This document shows positions 26,268 to 41,562 of a stretch of 64,000 nt of DNA, piece after piece; within the stretch, counting starts at the first letter, position 1, and every line of letters begins with the position of its first letter. The stretch is from the NCBI GenBank assembly GCA_013239625.1, contig MU054098.1:1-64000 (forward strand), given 5' to 3'. A program made the position numbers and the translations under genes. The DNA comes from Lama guanicoe (Eukaryota). The notes under the pieces are model-generated. The model saw nothing but the letters and a program-made list of their open reading frames with translations. It was not told the DNA's origin and ran no database searches.

Positions 26268-26758
26268 TCATTTGTTAATTTTTAAATGCCATACTTTATG
26301 CACATACAATCTGGCAAAGGAAAACTCTTGCCTTTCCCAAACTTAAATAATTACCATGCATTATTATTCTCTTTCCGAGTAGGTTAAGTGTGAAAGGAAC
26401 TGGGGCCAGTTCCAGTTAGCGTGACTATGGAAGAATGAAACGTAAATATTGTAAATTTATAGGTCAAATCTTATGCATATGTGCATTTTTCTGGTGAGAG
26501 GTTTAAAAAGTGACCTAATTCTACAATATTAAAATAAAACATTGGCTTACTAAGTGGCCTTAAATTAAGTGACCCTAGGTTACCTTACTTTAAAAAGTTC
26601 CCTTGTATCATCCCTTTCTATATCAGCCCCTGGCTGTACTTCTAGCAGATATTTGCTAATGGGAAGTGGATAAGGAAACATTAAAGTGAAGATTATGAAA
26701 TCACTATGGCCTACGTACTTCTACTCTGTGGTTCCACACAGAATTTGAGAAACCTTTA

Positions 26759-26986
<228 letters not shown>

Positions 26987-28359
26987 TTAAAAAGGCCATA
27001 CTAAAAATATAGAAATCTCTCCCTACAATGATAGTCTGGGTATACAATTCTATTTTCTCTTGGCCAACATACGGTACTTACAAAACTGTTTTGAACGGGG
27101 GAAAAAAAAAAAGTTGGTTGTGCTGCATATGCAGTAACTTGAAAATACTCTAGATGGCACCAGATCATATATCTAGGGAAAGAATAGATTTAACTCAATA
27201 GGGATTACATGATTACATCTCTCATACCAAAATTCATCAAGAAAAAGGTGAAAACTGGTCAGACTTTTAAATTAAGCCCCTAAAGAAGGCGTGAGGCTGA
27301 AAAATATGAAGGCATTATGAGAAAATACTTTAAAAATAATAATCAAGCATACCAGGTTCCAATAATTTTATTTCAGGTTTAAATCGCAAATTGTAGTTTT
27401 TCTCTTAAACTATTTTTTTGTTTTGTTTTACTTGACTTTTCCACTAAGGAAGCAAAGTTGTCCATTTCTGTAAAAAAAAATACTTTCAACTAATTCCTAG
27501 GACTCCTAACTTGTTAATGTTTTTCCCCCCATTCTTTTTTTTTTTTTTGTAAAGATGCATGCTGATCTCTTGATTAACACAGGGTCTGATGAAGAATTTA
27601 AGTTATAGATCTGATGATTTCAGATCAATGTAAAAATAGTTTTCCAGGTGCCCACCACTCCCACCTCCCAATGATAAAAGTAAAAAAACTAGAGCTACAG
27701 GAGGAACAGTTGCTTTTGGATTTTCCCTTTCTAGTGACCTACCCCAGACTGCTCTTGGCAGTTACCACAGACATCTCCACCCTAGTCTGCCCCAGGGCAA
27801 AAGCACTTCTGGAAAACAGTGTCATGTGAAAAGGGATTTTATAACGGGGAAGGAGAGGGAGGGAAGATATAAAAATGAAACTTGAGGAAAGTTATTTATA
27901 AACCAACAGTATTCAGAATGTAGAATTTGACAGTCTTAACTCTGTCTTTAATGGGTGATGCTATCTTTAGTTTTTAATCTCCAGTGAGGCGCCTTCATTG
28001 TCTAGGACCCCTGAACAAAGCGAGTTTATTGTGTTACCCTTCATCGTTACCACCTGCAGAGCAATCAGTGAGCACCCGCAGATGGGCAACTGAGTGGGAC
28101 TCAGCCTTTCTTCAGGATTCCCTTGGAGCAGAGTGAGTTTCTCTCATAGAGTGTACTCTACTTCTTAAACCCTGTCAGTTGTTAAACTTTAATATTGTCT
28201 GCTTTATGCTATTTACCATCTTCATTTTAAAATCCCTTCTTTACTGATCATCTTGGTATTCCTAGAGAAAAAGCGCTAGTAATACTGGAATAGAAAGAAG
28301 CTTTAAAATAGTCAAAAAAGGTTTTAAATAGTCAAATATAGACTAGTGAAAAAAAATAC

Positions 28360-29458
28360 ACATACACAAAAAAGAACTTCAGACCATTCCTCACACCATA
28401 TTCAAAGTTAACCCCAAGCAGATATATATATTCCTAAATGTAAAACCCCAAACTATTAAACCTCGGGAAGAAAACATAGGATGAAATGCTTGTGACCTTG
28501 TGTAAAGCTAAAATTTCTTAGATACATCAAAAGCATGATTTGTAAAAGAAAAAATGGCAAAATCTGACTGTCAAAATTAAGAACATCTGTTCTTTGAAAA
28601 ACAACGGGAGAAAATATTTGCAAATCACATGTCCAATGAAGGACTTGTATCTAAAATATATAAAAACATTAAAAAATTAATAAGAAAACAATGCAATTAA
28701 AATGGGTAAAGTATCTGAATAAAGATATATGGGTAGCAAATAACCACATGAAAAGATATTCAGTATCATTTGTCATTAGGGAAACGCATATTAAAATCAC
28801 AATGGGATATCATTTGGCACCTGTTAGAATGATTAACATTAAAAAGACTGTACTTCCATAATAAAAAAAAGACCAAACTAAAAAGACTAACCCTAACCAT
28901 ACTAAAGTGTCAGTGAGTATCTGGATGAACTGGAACTTTCACACATTGCTGGTGGCAATGCACAATGGTACAACCACTTTGGAAAACAACTTGGCAGCTG
29001 CTTAAAAAAGTTAAACACACACATATCATATTACCTAGACCATTCCACTTCGACGTTATTTACCAAAGAGAAATGAATGCACATATGCATACAAAGACTA
29101 GTACAGGAATGTTCAGAGTAGCTGTATTTCTAATAGCCCCAAACTGGAAACAAAATAAATGTTCATCGACAGGTGAATGAATAAGCAAATTGTAGTATAT
29201 TCATTTACTGGAATATTATTTAGCAATAAAACAAGGAATGAATCTGATACATACAACAACATGAATGAATCTCAAAATAATTATGCTGAGTGAAAGAAGC
29301 TAAACAAAGAGTACATATTGTATGATTCTATTTATATAAAAGTCTCAGAAATTCAAACTCAAGTGAAAGAAAGCAAATCAGTGGTTACCTGGGATGGAGG
29401 AGTATGGGGGTAAGGAGGAACTACAAAGGGTCATGGGGAAACTTGATATGGTAATGGA

Positions 29459-29460
<2 letters not shown>
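28360..29460 (+). mobile_element. Old L1 fragment (ORF2 end + 3'UTR)
   Basis: GGTACAACCACTTTGGAAAAC, CCAAACTGGAAACAA, ATGAATCTCAAAATAATTATGCTGAGTGAAAGAAG. Confidence 0.8.

Positions 29461-29508
<48 letters not shown>
29461..29508. repeat. (TCTA)12 microsatellite
   Basis: Perfect tetranucleotide run. Confidence 0.95.
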
Positions 29509-29509
<1 letters not shown>

Positions 29510-30125
29510 TATCTTCCTTCCTAAAGAAGGTGTAAGGCTAAAAAGGTGAAGGACTCTGGAAAACAAGGGAAAAGCATGAGGAAAGGCTCAGTGGTAAAAT
29601 GAGTGTGGGGGGGGTACAGCGAAGTGGGAGATAGCACTGGCTGGGAGACACAGAGCAAGATGGTGTAGTAGGGCCCTTAGATGCTCCTCAGGAGATTTCA
29701 GACTGAACTCTAGCGTCAATGGGGAATCCCTGAAGGATTCTGAGGAGGGAAGAGACAAAGAAGGGAGTGTTTTAACATCAATCAGGGAGGAGTGACTGGA
29801 GAAGACTGTATCAGAATCAGTGTTCTAAGTGCCATCTACCCAGGCATAAGATCACCTGGCTAGCCATCCCAGATAGCTCCCTTGTGCACAGGAGGGCCCT
29901 TCATCCATGCCAAGAGTGATCTGAACTGAAGAGCTGCACATTTAAATACGGACAGAAATAGAAGCGCACAAGTCAGTTACAATTTCAGTTCCGGTAAGGG
30001 CAGTATAAATGGTTCAGCCAGTGTATCCACTCAATCTTACTGCATAATATGCTAGAAATGTGGATTTTTAAAATCAGTGGAATGTGTTCCATATCTAATG
30101 AGAGTAAATAGTCTAGTCCAAGTCT

Positions 30126-30160
30126 TTTTTTTTAAACTTTTTTTATTGAGTTATAGTCAT
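30126..30160 (-). mobile_element. Ultra-short L1 3'-end insertion
   Basis: Poly-T + TTTATTGAGTTATAGTCAT, flanked by 12-bp TSD TAGTCCAA(G/C)TCT. Confidence 0.7.
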
Positions 30161-30683
30161 TAGTCCAACTCTATTTCATGAATGAGACAAGTGAGATCCA
30201 ATTTTGGGAAGGAACTTGTCCAAGGCCATTGAACAAATAAGTGATGTAACCAGGGAACATGGTCCATGACACTAAATCCCCAGACTGGATTTCAGGAATC
30301 AGGAGTTTTTAAACATATTCACATCACTCTCAACACAGGAATATTAGATACATATATGAATATGCAGTCATTAAATCTATCACTGCGATTATAATCCAAA
30401 TACTTGGAAAAAGTTAGTCTCTACTGCTTATTTCCTCACACTTTCTTTGACTGTTTTACACTATCCATATAAACCAATACCAGCATAATTATAGGACTTA
30501 TGATAAACTATCAGCATAATCAAAGCTAGTCTTTCTGCCTCTGAATTATCTACAGCAATAAATTTTAAAATAATACTTAAAATTGCCAAACCAATACATG
30601 CAGTTATAAAAGTTCTTGTTATTTATAAGAAATTGACAACAATTTTGTAAGTCTGAAAAATTCAAAAGAACACCCATACTTAC

Positions 30684-30779
30684 ATTGAAACCTGACATGT
30701 TAATATCTATCCGTGGTTCACCTTCCTTTTGTCCTTTTGGTGCAATTTGATTGAGAAGATGGAAATAGGCTTTGGAATC
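30684..30779 (-). CDS. PLS3: Plastin-3 exon 9 (96 nt): [32 protein letters not shown]
   Basis: Manual translation; TAG/GTAAG boundaries. Confidence 0.97.
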
Positions 30780-31050
30780 CTACAAATGAATTGAAAATGT
30801 CACTGAGATCACATTTACAAAGAATGAATGTATCCTATTGTCCCATGTTTAGAAGGATATTTGCATTGGATTTTGTGAGAATGTATGACACAAATCTCTT
30901 CTAATTTAACAGCTCTTTTCCCCTCAGAAAAGTCCACCTATCTGGTCTTATGTCTGCCTTGAATATGGATGAACTGGATTTTGCTATGAGCTTACAATTT
31001 ACTGAAGTCATCAATACAGAAAAGCTAGTAAACACATACTCTTTCTGTAC

Positions 31051-31077
31051 CTTCACTGAGTTACTGAAGTCAATAAG
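31051..31077 (-). CDS. PLS3: Putative alternative 27-nt cassette microexon of plastin-3: LIDFSNSVK
   Basis: Pyrimidine tract + AAG acceptor (AG 31079-31078); CTTATTGACTTCAGTAACTCAGTGAAG; donor AAG|GTACAG; phase 0/0 like the flanking exon 8/9 junction; no stop. Confidence 0.8.
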
Positions 31078-31699
31078 CTTGGTAGATAAAACAAGCAAGA
31101 AAATAGTAGGACAGCAGAAATCCGGGAAGCATAGGGAGAGAGAAAATAAACAGGTTACATCATTACAAAGCACAATACATATACACCATAACCTATGGAG
31201 AAGAGATTAGCTGTGTTAAAGATGTATTTAATTGTAAACTTAAATGATTAAAAATTTTAAATGAGTAAAACTTGAGTTGATGAAGTAACATTAAACCTTG
31301 ATCATCTGAATATACTTAACCAAACAAGTTTCTCTTTGTTTTAAGCCCCTGAACTCTTTCATCACTTGAACACTTTTACTTGGAATCCCAATACCTAAAA
31401 CAAATGGTATTGCTCGTAAGGGGGTGGGCTGGGTGGATTCAGGCTGTGTGGACACTACACAGAACACAACTGAAAACCACTGTACCAGTGCAAACATTTA
31501 ATAAGGGTCTTCAATACACATGTCAGGTACAATTCTGCTTCTCTGGAGTACCAGAAGATAGGCACTTGAGTGAAGATTCCTTAATTCTGCTACATCTGAA
31601 GATCACCTCCCCAGCTATGATATTTTCTATTACTGGGCCTTGACAGTCCGGACAGGCTATAAAGGAATGTTTCTCATGGTAAATCTATGGATTGTGTGC

Positions 31700-31860
31700 A
31701 TCCTAAACCCCTGGGGAAGTTGTTCAATATGCAGATTGCTGGATCCAACCCCAGACATATCAAATATGGATCTCCGGGAGTTGCCCAGAAAGCTGCCTCT
31801 TAAAAGAGCCACCCAAGTAAATTTGACACACCCACCAGAAATGATTCTAAGAACGGAGAA
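31700..31860. mobile_element. MER5-like hAT MITE
   Basis: AATATGCAGATTGCTGGATCCAACCCCAGAC. Confidence 0.5.
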
Positions 31861-33153
31861 TCAGGTGAGTGAAAGTCACTTCAGAGCAATTCAAGGAATG
31901 CAAACCCAGATCCTACCATTAATGGGCATATGATTTATCTCCTTCTAAGGACTAGTGCATTACTGCTGTGGAAGTGCTTTCGCTTACAATTACCACTAAA
32001 GGTGCAGAAACAGTTCATAATCTAACCCTATGCACTTGAGAAAGACAAGGTGAAGAGCAGACCCTGCAGAGTCTACACTTACTACCTTGAAAAGGGGCTT
32101 TATGGGTGAAAATGTGAACTTAAAACAGAGATAAATTGGAAGTCCCTTTTTAAATTACCCAACAATCCTCTGCCTTTCAAAAATATTCAAAGCAGGCTTC
32201 ATTTTTAAATAAGGTTTCCTTTTGTACATTTAAATTACATTGCAGATCATTAAAAAAATCCATCTATAAATGGCTTTTGGGAACATATCTAGTGTGTAAA
32301 GCAAATTATAACTGGCTAAACATGTTGTATAAGTTAAAAGAAGGGATGGGGTCAGTTGCTTTTAAAATTTCAGAGCCATCCTTAATTTCCACTGATGAAA
32401 TCAGTAGCACAAATACCCCATTACTTCCTCTCACCACTGGATAAACTGATACAGTCACAGACTATATTCATAGCCCTGTTGGTCAGTGACATCTGGTAAA
32501 GATGCTGGAGTTTGTTCCCTGTGTCCCAACATCTGGATTTTGGAAAGAGTCGAGTCAGTTAATGAGAACTCCCTGTATTTGCTGTGGTCACTTTGACCCC
32601 TCTCTCCCCGAGAAGCCAAAGGCAGCAGGTGGCAAATGAATGCTACCAACGGGTCCGCCCTTGCGAGTTTTCTCCTGGTGGGCCAAATGCAAGAAATGTT
32701 TGTGAGTCTTTTATGTGCCAAGTGTTGTGTTAGAGGTGGGCTTTAGTAGGAGGGCACTGGGGCGGTGCTCCATAGCTACCGTTAAGAACTCAACATCTGA
32801 AAGAGGGAGTGCATGACAGGAGAGGAGCTGAGTAAGAAAGGGGAAAGGGAATCCTGAGGCCCTTTCTCTCTCTTCTAGGTCTTTACCAACAGGTACACCA
32901 GGAACAGAAGAGTCATGGCTGGCTATCCTTTCATACTCCATGCTTAACAGTAGGCAGAATATAAAAATGTTAGGACTATAATACTCTTACCCTTTTCCAA
33001 AAAATGAAGACTAGACTCGGTGCTAGTGCTCCTAACTTGGCTCCACCTGTCTCCTGAAACCTACAGTCAGGGCCAAGAGGCGACAAGGCTTGGTGATAGG
33101 ATTTCCCCTCTGTGAAGCTGACATGAAATCTCCCAAGTCATTATATCCCCTCA

Positions 33154-33366
<213 letters not shown>

Positions 33367-35141
33367 TTATTGAGTCTTCTGACACTCTGGTAAGTAATTT
33401 AATAGAGGTGTAAAAACTACCATGACCTAGTTCCTGGTTTTCAGGTACCCTTAGTCTAATAAAAAGATAAATACATAGGTAGATAAATTATAAGATGATA
33501 CAGATAGAGATACTGTATTATGAGAATATACAGCAAATATATATTATAGTTTATTCTTTATTCTTCTTCACATTGTGAATACCAAATAAGCTACAGCTTT
33601 TAAGTTGAATATTTTCAAGTTATGTCATACATTTACATAAATTGCTCTTAAGTAATATTAAAACCAGAGACTTGGGAGAGCATGTTTAAAATTTTGGAGA
33701 CTTTTATTTAACCTTTTGATTAAAGGAGTATAGAAACACTATGTTATCTATATTTAAGTATACTTAATTAACTTGAAGGGTTAAATCTATTTTTAAAAGA
33801 ATATAATTCAACTTTACATTTTCTATGGCAACTAACAAGTCGTGGCTGTTCAACAATGTTTTGTTGTTGACTTGAATGCATGGAAGGGGTAGAAGCTTGA
33901 GTGTCTGCACAGAGAACTGTCTAGACTTAAGCACTGTTTTATGAAGAAGTTGTGTAGTCCTCATGCAATAATTACCTCTAGTAAGATAAAAGGAGATTTG
34001 TATTGAAGAAGACTGAGACTGCCTGCTTTCTGAAAATGGTCTAAGTAATATCTCTATCAGGCAAGTTTCGTCTTTCATGGACTCCTCTTCACACCACGCC
34101 ACCCTGGCACTAAGTAATTTAAGCAATGGCAGGGGCAACACTGTCATTTGTACAGAAACATCCTTGTGCTCCCATCTCCAAGTCAAAGGTAGAAAGGATT
34201 AAAATGCTTGACATATGCACCTGACACTGTGTCAAAGATAAATCATTTGATTCATTACATGAGTCAATGTAATTTAATTCTGTTGTCTTCCTTTTCCTTT
34301 TCAATGGACTTCAATTCGTTTAACAAGACAAACACTGCTGTGAAGAGGCCAGCAATTAGAATAATTTAATTTGTTCAATATGGGCACCTCTGAGTGGATC
34401 GAAAGTATAAGTGTAATAAAGTCTTGAATAAATGTGGAAGACTGTTGACAGGCATTATGAGACCTTGAAAAACTGAGAACCCCCAATATACTTGTCCCCC
34501 AAAGTAACTGAGGATTGATATGGTGATTTCCAGAGTAAAATGTGAATATTTGAAGTGATGCTTAATATTTTAAATTTATAAGGAGAGGATAATGTAGTAC
34601 TCCCTAGGACCCCATGACAGTTGTATGGCATATGCTTATATAAACTATAAGTTTACAATGTGGTATAAAAACCTATGCTGTAAGCAGGATGATGCTTCTG
34701 CTGATTCAGGAAATAGTAGACCATGGAGGGTAGGTCAGAATATTTTTGAAGACGTCTAAATGTATGATAGACTAGAAAAGGTATTAAAAATAGGAGATGG
34801 TATGCAGTGCTGGAGCTGAGGGTGGTGATGGGGTGGGGACTGTGTAGGCAGAGCAGAAAAGAAGAGACCTCAAATTTGGGGACTCTGGGCAAGTTCCTTA
34901 AACTCTCTGTGCTTTTGTGTCTTTACTGTGAAATAAATTCTGTAGTGCTAGATAAATGTTAATTTCTACTAAAGAAGGAAGTTATAATTAGGCTGTCTTC
35001 CTGAATAACACTACAGCATTACCTTATGTGAATTCTAGTTATCATCTAATCACCTCAATTAAGTGAAAGCATGACAGTCTGGATGACTAGGAAAACCATG
35101 ACCAATAAACAACTTTTGAAATAATGACTGTGTTCCATTAC

Positions 35142-35307
35142 CTTCATTCCTGCTTAATTCAATGTCAGCGAACAAACCGATCTTAATGATCTGCCAAAGC
35201 AGTCCCAAAACCAGATGAGGTTTCCCGGCCCGCAAATCCTCTGCACCAATGTTCACAACATGACACCCAATGGCAGAAGCAGAGTTCAGTGCCAAGTTCA
35301 AGTTTTC
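35142..35307 (-). CDS. PLS3: Plastin-3 exon 7 (166 nt): [25 protein letters not shown]...ELSRNE
   Basis: ORF 35059..35391; CAG/GTAAT boundaries; actinin-type actin-binding signature. Confidence 0.98.
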
Positions 35308-35824
35308 CTGCAAGACAGCCAATTTACAACACTTGCTTCTTGACCTTTCTGTTTTTTTGTGGTCTATTTCTCCCTTCACAGAAAATAACACACAGTGAGG
35401 AAGTTAATTAACTTCACACATATATGATCTATAGGAAACAATATCCAGACTTTGGTGTTAAAAGGATATTGCTACTGTCTTTTCCAGATTTCCAGGGGAA
35501 GTTAACTTGGTATTTTTATTTGGACCCTTCTGAAGTACACTGACACTAAAGAAAAAGGCTGAGTGATTAAAGTTAAGTATATCTGGGTGGCTTAAATGTC
35601 GTATTTCTAAAAATGCCTAAATTCGAGATCTATTACACCTGAGAGTTCTAGAAGTTTTCCATCTCCACATCCCAGGAAGTGCTCTTGCCTAATGGGATTT
35701 TGCTATCCAATAGTCCAATACTCACTTTATGGAGAAGAAAACTCCTCCATTCTTTAAGCATGCTAATTAATTAAGAGCTTAAATATTTTTGCTTATTTTT
35801 GTATGTTTGAATACCAAATGTAAT

Positions 35825-36195
<371 letters not shown>

Positions 36196-37489
36196 TCACA
36201 AATATTTTCAGGCTTATTTTAACAGATCTCTCATGTAATCTGAAAAAATGCAGTATGTGACTTTTATCATGTTGATCACAAAAAGCTATACATATAAAAA
36301 TGCAAGTTAAAAAAAAGACCAAAATGTTTACAGTAGTTGAGTATTTCTGAGTTGGGGATTGCAGCATATTGTCTTATTTTAATTTTTTTGTATTTTCCAC
36401 ATTCTTTTAGAAGAATGAATTACTTGGATAAATGTTAAAAACAGATAATATCCCACACTGAAATTGAGTCTCTTTTCTAGACTATATAATTCAGAATTAA
36501 AATTACTATTTATCTACAAAGAGGTAAAATTAGTTGAGCATGAGAGTTTTTCATTCATCACATACTTATTGAGTGCCTAAATGATGTGCCAGGTACTATA
36601 TTTGGTGCTGGAAATACAGTGATAATGATGAAACAAAGGTTATATTAATTAGGCTAGAATCTGATTTATTAGGTTAAAATTTGGAGTTAGACTCTTAACA
36701 CTTTAGATACTTACAATACTGCCCTAAAACACGTTATTCTGCATAGGAAAAACCATGTTTCTTCCCATGCAAAATACTAAATAAATGGTACCATATGATT
36801 CTTTCTATTAAAACATAAGGGGAATTATTTCTTTACAGCATATAAATGGCAAGAAAAGGGATATTTCACATTCTGAAAATTAGCTTTTCAAACAACTAAA
36901 ATGACCTTATTGAAAGAAAAAGGAATTTTACATATAGTACACTGTCATCTGAAATATACCCATTGTACTGTTCTAAGCGCTCTGTATGTAGTCACTCAAT
37001 GCTCACCATCACCCTGTAAGGTTAAGTACAATATTGGGATTATAATGGATGGAATCTGAAATGCAAAGGGGCTGAATACCTTGATCATGGTTACACAGCT
37101 ACTGATTGCCAGAGCCTGAACAGGGACCAGGCAGACTGCTTATGAGCATGTTCTTAACCACTGTGCGCCACTGCCTCAAAACAGGAGCATCCACTAACAA
37201 AGTGTTGATAATGTATATCACTTCTGCCAATACACCGTTGGCTCTGAGGCAGCAGCAATGGCAAATGCATTTTTCAGAAAAAAGTAACTGGAGAGTAAAA
37301 CGTGTTAAGAGTGGCCTCTTTTTTCCTTTGGAGGCTATGGTACTTGAAACTAAAGAGATACTGACATAAAAAGTTTTCAATTCTAATTATTTCCTGAGAT
37401 GAAGCTGTCAAGTATCCAGAAACGAATATTCATCAATTACATGGAAGCTGATTTTTGGAAATCTGGATATAAAATAAGCCAACATCTTA

Positions 37490-37654
<165 letters not shown>

Positions 37655-38037
37655 TCACACTCTAGGTTAAATACTTGACTCCAAAGCCTGAAATAGTTGT
37701 TCAGGAGGACTGAATGTTACAGTGTGGTTACCCTCTTTGGAAACCACTGAATGCAACATAGTGGCTATTAGGAATTACAAAACTAACAAAATGAATAGAA
37801 CAGGGTTAACTGAGCCTAGAAGAAGCTAGTTACAAAATTCTTTAAAAATTATACTGCTGTGTAGAGCTCTAATCTAATAAAGTCTATCAGTGCACACAGG
37901 CTATCATCTCTCCAGCAAGCTAACAAAGCCATAAAATAAATACCTCTAATGCTTTTACAGCAAGAATTAGCCCCAAGTCCAAATACAGGTCAGAACGACT
38001 TCAACTGTCTTCTTAATTAGGAGGCAATGTTTTTCTA

Positions 38038-38241
<204 letters not shown>

Positions 38242-41200
38242 CTATTAATGAAAATACGTTGTTGGTTCACAATTTTCAATCAGGCACAACCATTAGCATA
38301 TTACTTATCTTCTTTTATACTCTGAGAAGCTACATTTCACTCCACAGGTGATGAGTATTAAAAGATAAGGCAAACTGGGCTTGAGTTTTTAAAATGCTAA
38401 GCAAGTACTATGATACAGCTACTGAAAACAAATTGCCAGAAAGTCAGCTGTACACACTTGTCAAAAACATTAAGTGCCACATGCATTGAAGCCGCTTTAA
38501 GCCAAAAACTGGTGTAGTTCAAAGGCACAGGTAAATCTGTTAATTTTCTAGAACAAGGAAGGCTTTGTTCTTTTCCTGGAGAGAAGAGGCTGAAGGATTC
38601 CCCCTTCCTTAAGCACGACTCATAGAGCAAAGAAAGATGAAAATTTTATTGCTCAGCCAAAAAGACTATTTTTTATAATGGGGTAGCTCAGTAAAAGTTT
38701 GTTCAACCTAAATGTATACAATAATGAGGGGGAAAGTGTCTTAAAAAGTGTTCAGTTGGCAGCAATAGATGACTACTGAGAATAAACTCAGAAAAAGAGG
38801 CTTCTCAGTGATTGTCTTGTTGGAGCATGTATGAAGTCCAGCTTGTCTTCACAGTAAGGCCCATGGCTTATGAAATTAACCTGTACATCCCACCTGTACA
38901 AGAGCAGGTGGTAAGAAAGCAAATTTCATATCCTGCTCTAACTGCCTGACTGAATGAGTGGACATTCCAACGGTAGGCCTATATGTGTCTGAGATACTGG
39001 AACTGACCTAACCTCCAGTTTGTTCCTGATCTACCAGTGGGCATGGCTAAATTAGCCACCGCCTGTAAAAGAGCAAGATGTAGCATTTCCATAAAAACTT
39101 CTTTAAAAGGGCTTATCAAAAGACACGTATGGCCCTAATGGAAAAGTCACTGAACAGAAAGATGATAATTAAAGGCTTTTAGCATTACTGACAGGTACAT
39201 ACTCACACACACAACTCAGGAGGGCTGGCCTATGTCTGAGTTCGTAGAACAGGGTCACGGGATCTAGCAGTTCTGGCTGTATATGTGACAGCAGCCACAA
39301 GCAGAAGCTGAAATCCAGTCCACGCTCCCCTAAGCAGGCCTGGTGTCTTGCACAGGACTGTGTCAGGCCAACACAGCAGTGCCTTTTTACAGTTAGTCTT
39401 TCCAAGAGGGCACCGTTTTGTAATTAATCGATCAAAAGAGAGTGGCTTTTTGGAACTGGCAGGAAAGTTGCTGCAGCCCTGTCCCAAAGTCATCTTTTCC
39501 TGCTACCTTTCTTAAATCTTGGTTTTCCTTGGACTTGCAAATCCAATTTTATTTAGGAAAATAGTTAGTAAGCAGTAAGTTTTACAAGATTAAGCTCACT
39601 CAACTTCCATAGCTGTGATTGCATGCTATACCTATAATTTCCGAGTCAGACTTTCAGAACGGGTGTGTGTGCACACGTGTCTACGTGTGTACATGCATAC
39701 AGACACACATCTATACACACTGACCACTCTAAATATTACACCCAACCCAGGAAATCACTCTTCCTCCTCTCTGGCTATTATACTTGCTCCTGTTAAGTTT
39801 AATAGTGCAGAGCTGACTCATGTACTCTGGGTAATTTTCAAACCGTTAAAATTATTTTTACTCACACTCTTTTTTAGTCCAACTGTAATTTCATCTAATT
39901 TACCTTCCTTTCGAAGCCAAGATTACACAACAAAATGGTTACCCGAGAATGTAGCAATCTTAAAGTGCGATGCGTTTCGTTCCCACAGCTGCCTCTCTGA
40001 TAACTCTATATGTCCTCAGTGAAAAAACAATATTCACTATTCTCACTCTAAACTCTTACTTCATTTAGTAAAACGTTGTCTGGTAAATTAGAATCTGAGA
40101 TGTGTGTTTTTCCTCAAGACTGAGATATCATAAATCACTGGAATGACAAAAAATATCCAAAATGTGACTGCCTCGGAGTCACTGCCTCAGAATGACGTAT
40201 GAAATGTTATTTTTCTTATTATGACTATTTTTGCCTCAAGGATCATTAGCTTCTAAAAATTAGGTTGTTTCCATGATCACAATTTCAGCTGAAAAATAAA
40301 TCCAAATTTGTATACATCATGGAAAAGAGGAATAATACAAATAAGAATTTTTAAAAAAGAGTGTCTGCTGTAAAATTTACTAATGCAATTACCTAGGCAG
40401 CTCCAGTTAAACTCCTAATGCTTGGGAATGGCATGCCATGTTGCAATTAAATTAGTTAACTTTCCGTTATCTTACAAAAGTTACAAGACCTTCCTTCCTT
40501 TTAAAAATACTTTAAAATAAATTATTCCAGCCAAGTTCAAATTTTCAGTTTCATAGTATTCCCCTCTGTTCTTTAGATTTAAAAAAATTAAAAGATAAGT
40601 GATAATCGAAGACTTATGTATCTGTTAAAGTGATTTACTACGTGAGAATTTTATTTTCTACTCAAGTAGAGAAGTTGCTTCAGTGGATGATAAAGCTGTT
40701 TGAGTATAAGCCTTGGCTTAACAAGAATCTCTGAAATCAGAGATAACACCAGGCCAACTACTGTGCTGGAGAGTTGTCAATGAATCTTTTCAAAGCTGCC
40801 CGTTGTGATACTAATGAGCTCACTGTTTCATGCTGTTTTCCCTCCATGAGGAAGGACTTGCTTTATCATGTGTGAACAAACTCCTGGTGTACACTGCTCA
40901 CTCTGGTTCTAGACATCTTTTCCAGTCTCTTTCATGGAACATTCATGTTTCTTTTTCCTTTTAGAAGTTTCATCACCTTCCTAGCTCAGCACAGGAGTAG
41001 TGGCCCAACCAGAGCGATGCAGAGGTATAGGACTTAAGAAGGAAAGATCTCAGAAAGAACTGCAAAAAAAAAAAAAAAAAAAAGCTTCCAGTGTTTGAGG
41101 CTTGTTTCCAAAGTAGCAGGTCTAAATTTTTACTTTTTGGAGAATCTGTTGCCCTTTTAATAAAAAATAACTACCAGTAACAGCTATGTAGCATTTGTTA

Positions 41201-41454
41201 TATGGCTGGTACGGTTCTAAGCACTTTACATAAAGTTACTTAATCCTATGATGTGGGTACTATTAGTAAAAGTCCTAAAACAGGTCAACAACTTATTTCC
41301 AATATGTTAGAGCAAGGTTCTCACTGTGAAAATAAGAGTTCAATGCAGACATCTCCGCTGAAAGAACTTACTGCCATACCATTCTTTTTACAGATGCAGG
41401 GGAAAAAAACCCCACTATTATCTTGTAAGGGTAAAAATCCAGTAATTTAGTTTT

Positions 41455-41562
41455 TTTTCTCTTTTTCAATTGAAGTACAGTCAGTTTACAATGTTGTGTC
41501 GATTTCTGGTGTACAGCATAATGCTTCAGTCACACGTGAATATACATATATTCGTTTTCATA
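41455..41562 (-). mobile_element. Short 5'-truncated L1 insertion
   Basis: Poly-T + ATTGAAGTACAGTCAGTTTACAATGTTGTG; perfect 15-bp TSD CAGTAATTTAGTTTT (41440-41454 / 41563-41577). Confidence 0.85.

Noticed and set aside
30901..31173. 90-aa ORF as a standalone gene
   Set aside because: Only the 27-nt segment has splice signals and plastin-like sequence; the rest is intron
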